DNA from: Amphiscolops sp. MND2022
Taxonomy: Eukaryota
DNA length: 64,000 bases
Direction of reading: 5' to 3'
NCBI GenBank assembly: GCA_964187785.1
Contig: OZ076409.1
Location: forward strand, 62,374,001-62,438,000
Translations under genes and position numbers: made by a program
The notes under the pieces: generated by a model
The model's database searches: none
Told to the model about the DNA's origin: nothing
Seen by the model: only the letters and a program-made list of their open reading frames with translations
In this document: in pieces, positions 60,261 to 64,000 of the stretch
Layout of the letters: every line of letters begins with the position of its first letter
Numbering within the stretch: position 1 is the first letter of the stretch

Positions 60261-63200
60261 CTTTCGTTCAACTTACGTTAACTAGACATTTTAATTTGAA
60301 TCTTCCACCGTTTTTGTCTCGGCGAAACCTAATCGAAAAAAGATCCGAAATTCGTTGTTACAGTGGGTCTGAGTGAAACAGGTCAAGAAGGGCCCAAGTC
60401 GGTGTCCTGATAAAGGCTAAAGGCCAACGTTTAACACCAATGACGGAAGATGGCACACTTGAGTCTCGGGAAACGCTTTTTCTCAAGTGAAAACAAACTC
60501 AATTTGTGGTAAAAATTCGGAAAAGTTGCACAAAAAACTTACGTACTCCTGCTTCCAGGCCCATTTAGTCAGACACCGGCAGTAATCACTAGACCAAATG
60601 GCGAGTACTTTTCAATCAATCTAGTAGTTTCAACCAAAATCTGAAAGGAAAAACGAAGTTTTTTTTCTTTTCAAAGTTTAATGCGTCGCTTCTTCCTACA
60701 ATATGGGACAAGTTATACTAATTTTTGTGAGGAAACGAACGTATGGCAGTTCAGTAACTCCTACAACATCGAACGCTGGAATTTCGGATCTTAATCTTAA
60801 TTTCAGGATTATGCTGATTTGTTTGCACCAATAACTGAAGCATCCTATAGACGGTCTGCAAAACCATCAATGTCCTCGGAAACGACACGTTAGTGGCATG
60901 CATTTATATACTGTTACCGAAAAATTATAGTCAACTAATAACTGAAGCGAAAAGTTCGAAATTCATTGATTTTCTGGATGTTTTAGTTAAAATTTTCAGG
61001 AGCAAGTCTCGCTGAATTCGATCTTCATCACAATGATATTTTGTTTAGCTTTTAAACCTAATAATTTAAAATTATTATTCACAAAAAAATTTAATGAAAA
61101 ATAATTCAAAATTAAAATAAGTAAATCACAGCCTACACGAGCTGATGAGATTATTATTTTACTGAATATTCCACAAATATTTTAGTTTAGGTTTTCCAAC
61201 GATGTAAATTGGGTCAACTATTTTCATTGCAGAATTGATTCAATCTGTTTTTTTTTCATTTCTGAAGTCAACTAAGCATTCACGCTGAGCTTCGATTTTT
61301 GATATGGCTAGATTTAGATTTTCAGATTCTAATTGTTCACTGTTTCTCCTAAAGTGAGTAAATCTCAAAGAATGTTTCGACAAGGTGTTCGCTTCAGGTC
61401 CGAAACTGAGATCGCCTGTGCTGAAAGCAGACATATCAGATGCCAGTATGTTATGTAATGTAAAAGTACGTAAGCATTTATTTTCATCGCAATAAGTTGA
61501 GTTTTTGTGTGTTCTCAAGAGGTTGGGTTATCTTTGTGTAATGGATGAAGCATTCGGTCTGTATCGAGGCGGGTGGTATCAGGGTGGAATCTGTCTAATC
61601 ACCGTTGTTGAATCTTGAGCAGGTCCTTCATTCTTAGCTTAGTGGTGTTGCCGTGACGCATTTGGTGAAGGAAAAGCAATTTTTAAACAAGATGGGGGAA
61701 CATCTCAAGTCGGCCCCCACTTAAGGCTCAAAAAGTGCAAAGTTTTTAAAAATGCTCAGGAAATGTTTTACGAAAACTCACATAAAAGCATCGAATCCCC
61801 CGAAGATTTCATGCTGGGACGAATGGGTTCGCTTGTTTTCGAACCTCCGCCTCGATTTCTCCCCTTCAAGAAAACGCAATATAGTTCGGATATAACGTCA
61901 AAAATTCGAATAGTGTTGAAAAAAATTATTGGTCGATATTTATTGAGAATTTCACAAGAAAAATGAGAATTTTGAAACTGTCCCATAAGGCCGAAAATGT
62001 GAAAGGCGGGACCCTTTGGGTTTTTTACTATCCATTTTGTTGCAAAACATCAGAAAGATTAAAGGGTGCAATCCAAAAATTTTCAAAAAGTCTCAGTGTC
62101 GGAAAACTAAGTGGAAAACGCCAAGATAGCAAGTCACGCTGAACTTTTAGCTTTGAGCTGATCTCTGATAAACCACTTGGCTCAATACTCTCGAGTTACT
62201 TTTTCTAATATGAACTCCGTGGCTGAATTGGTTGTGGAAATTTTCTCGAAAAAATGTTTCCCGTAATTCGCATAGTGCCGAAAACCCTAATGGGTCCTCT
62301 ATGCTCGCAAGACGTTTGGTTCCTAGTGAAAATCGAGGGGACGCTTCGACAAAAACAAATTTTGAAAAAGTCGCATAGTACCAAAAACGCCGGTTTTTTT
62401 ATATAGCGCAACCTCCGCCTCCTTCTTAGTAGAACGCAATTTATTTCGTATATAACGTCAAAAGTTCAGATATAGCGTGCTGAGACAAATGTGACCTTTT
62501 TTGGAACTCCCATCTCCTCCTTAGTAAAACGCAATATAGTTCGGTCATAACGTCAACAATTCGAATATAGCGTGCTGGCTAGCCAAATGGTCTTTACCGT
62601 ATAAATAATATTTGCTCCATCTGTTCTCCGTAAACGTGGACGGATCAGAGCTACTGGAGAAAATTACAATCTAGAAGGAGCGAATCGTGGTTATTGAAGA
62701 ACATCTAAAGCACCAAATGATTGGTATCGTGATAAAGGTTATCTCATTTGCGAATATTGAATTTCGCGTTGGAACTTCATATCTTACATTATAGTTTGCA
62801 CCAGAAGCTTACATCTGTTGAAACTGAACAGATACAATTGAGTCTGAACCTCCGTGAGTTTTTGAACAAATATCTCATTCATATTGAAGGGGGAAAGAGG
62901 TCGGGGAAAGAAAAAAGATCCCGAACATGCATTTGATTTCATTGTAGGCATCGTACTATGTTTGTTATTCCTCTTTGATTGCCATCTATGTTGGAAAGCG
63001 AAACAAGGTGTAAATACCGTTATGTCGAGATCATTGTGCAAAATTTTTGACCGATAAATTGATTGATGTCGACTTAATCCAATCTTACATGTTGTTCATT
63101 TTATGGCGGAGAAACTATGTTGAACGTTTTTGAAAGTATAGTCCTTTGATAAAAGCATGTTTCCTCTATTTGAAGAACGCTCCATTTTTTGCTGATATCG

Positions 63201-63489
63201 TAGCACTATTGCTTGTCAAGATTCCATTTTTATCACATGATTATAGAGCCTTTTTCTACAATTGCTCAAAGGTCTTAACAGATGACATTTTGAACGCTCG
63301 GAGACGCGTCTGGCTAGAAATTTCAAAACCTACTTTATATCCACCTTTGCATTTGTAACTTGCTACACTTGAAAGTCAATGTGTTGATGAAGGAACAATT
63401 TGATATGATGATCGAATTGCTTCCCCAATTCAAATTTCATTTTCAATTATGAAGTTTTCGGGTCAGGGTTTGGAAAAATAAGAAATTTA

Positions 63490-63897
63490 AGGGCATAAGT
63501 CGGCGCCCGTCTTAAGGCTGAAAAAGCAAAAATACTTCGAAGCGTCAAGGATTCTCTTTTTATTATTTTTGCGATAGCATAATTATTATTGAAATCTCAA
63601 GATGTCTATTTTTTTCAGTACAATTCTTCACACGATACTGAATAATTCAGATATTTGTTCGACAATGACTGTAAGCGTGAGAATTAAATTTCTCAAGGTG
63701 CCGGCAACTATTCAATTCTAGTGCGATGGAACGAGCGAGTGGTAATTATCCATTCGTATGCTGACGTCATTGAGATGAAGCGGGCGAATGTTCGTAATTG
63801 TGCTTTCGTTGCCCCGAGTTATTGAGATGAAGCGAATGAGTGTTAATTATTCGTTCGTTGCGAGCTTCGCCTGCATTCAAATGCGAATGCGAAACTT
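63490..63897. repeat. Dispersed repeat, highly similar to 43182-43592
   Basis: Direct sequence comparison. Confidence 0.85.
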
Positions 63898-64000
63898 CGT
63901 CTACGCTTAGTAGTTATATTTTCTTTAGTCCGAGAAGAATTAAATGCGGTGTAAACTTGTACAGTGATTACATGTAATTGTGCTCTAAATAATGATTAAA

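Noticed and set aside
59516..64000. PARP4 C-terminal MVP-interacting domain exons
   Set aside because: No recognisable motif or convincing phase-0 exon found; probably beyond the window.

Overview
Repeat-rich eukaryotic (animal-type, spliceosomal GT-AG introns) genomic DNA; the species cannot be determined from the window. One multi-exon gene on the + strand dominates. It starts at ATG 10706, has about 24 exons that join in frame up to 59515, and is still open at the last donor. It is a PARP4 / vault-PARP homologue with BRCT, WGR-like, helical, ART catalytic (H-Y-E intact), VIT, vWA and ITIH-like domains. After the ITIH-like region, where vertebrate PARP4 has a fast-evolving disordered linker, this gene splices in a string of host-protein-like modules: a complete ubiquitin-like domain ending in RLRGG, an actin N-terminal fragment with a 21-aa exact match across the D-loop, duplicated polyproline exons, a 1.6-kb nucleoporin-like GGLFG/SLFG repeat exon carrying an in-frame TAA, and an acidic exon. 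I infer a possible integrated-decoy or tripwire PARP4. Introns and flanks hold decayed LINEs (CR1/L2-like, Vingi-like, RTE-like), a decayed BEL/Pao LTR element, a Tc1/IS630-like remnant, many Helentron-type non-autonomous elements (HINE/DINE-1-like), MITEs and tRNA-derived SINE heads. Exon boundaries were derived by hand from splice signals, phase continuity and remembered homology, not from transcripts or database searches.
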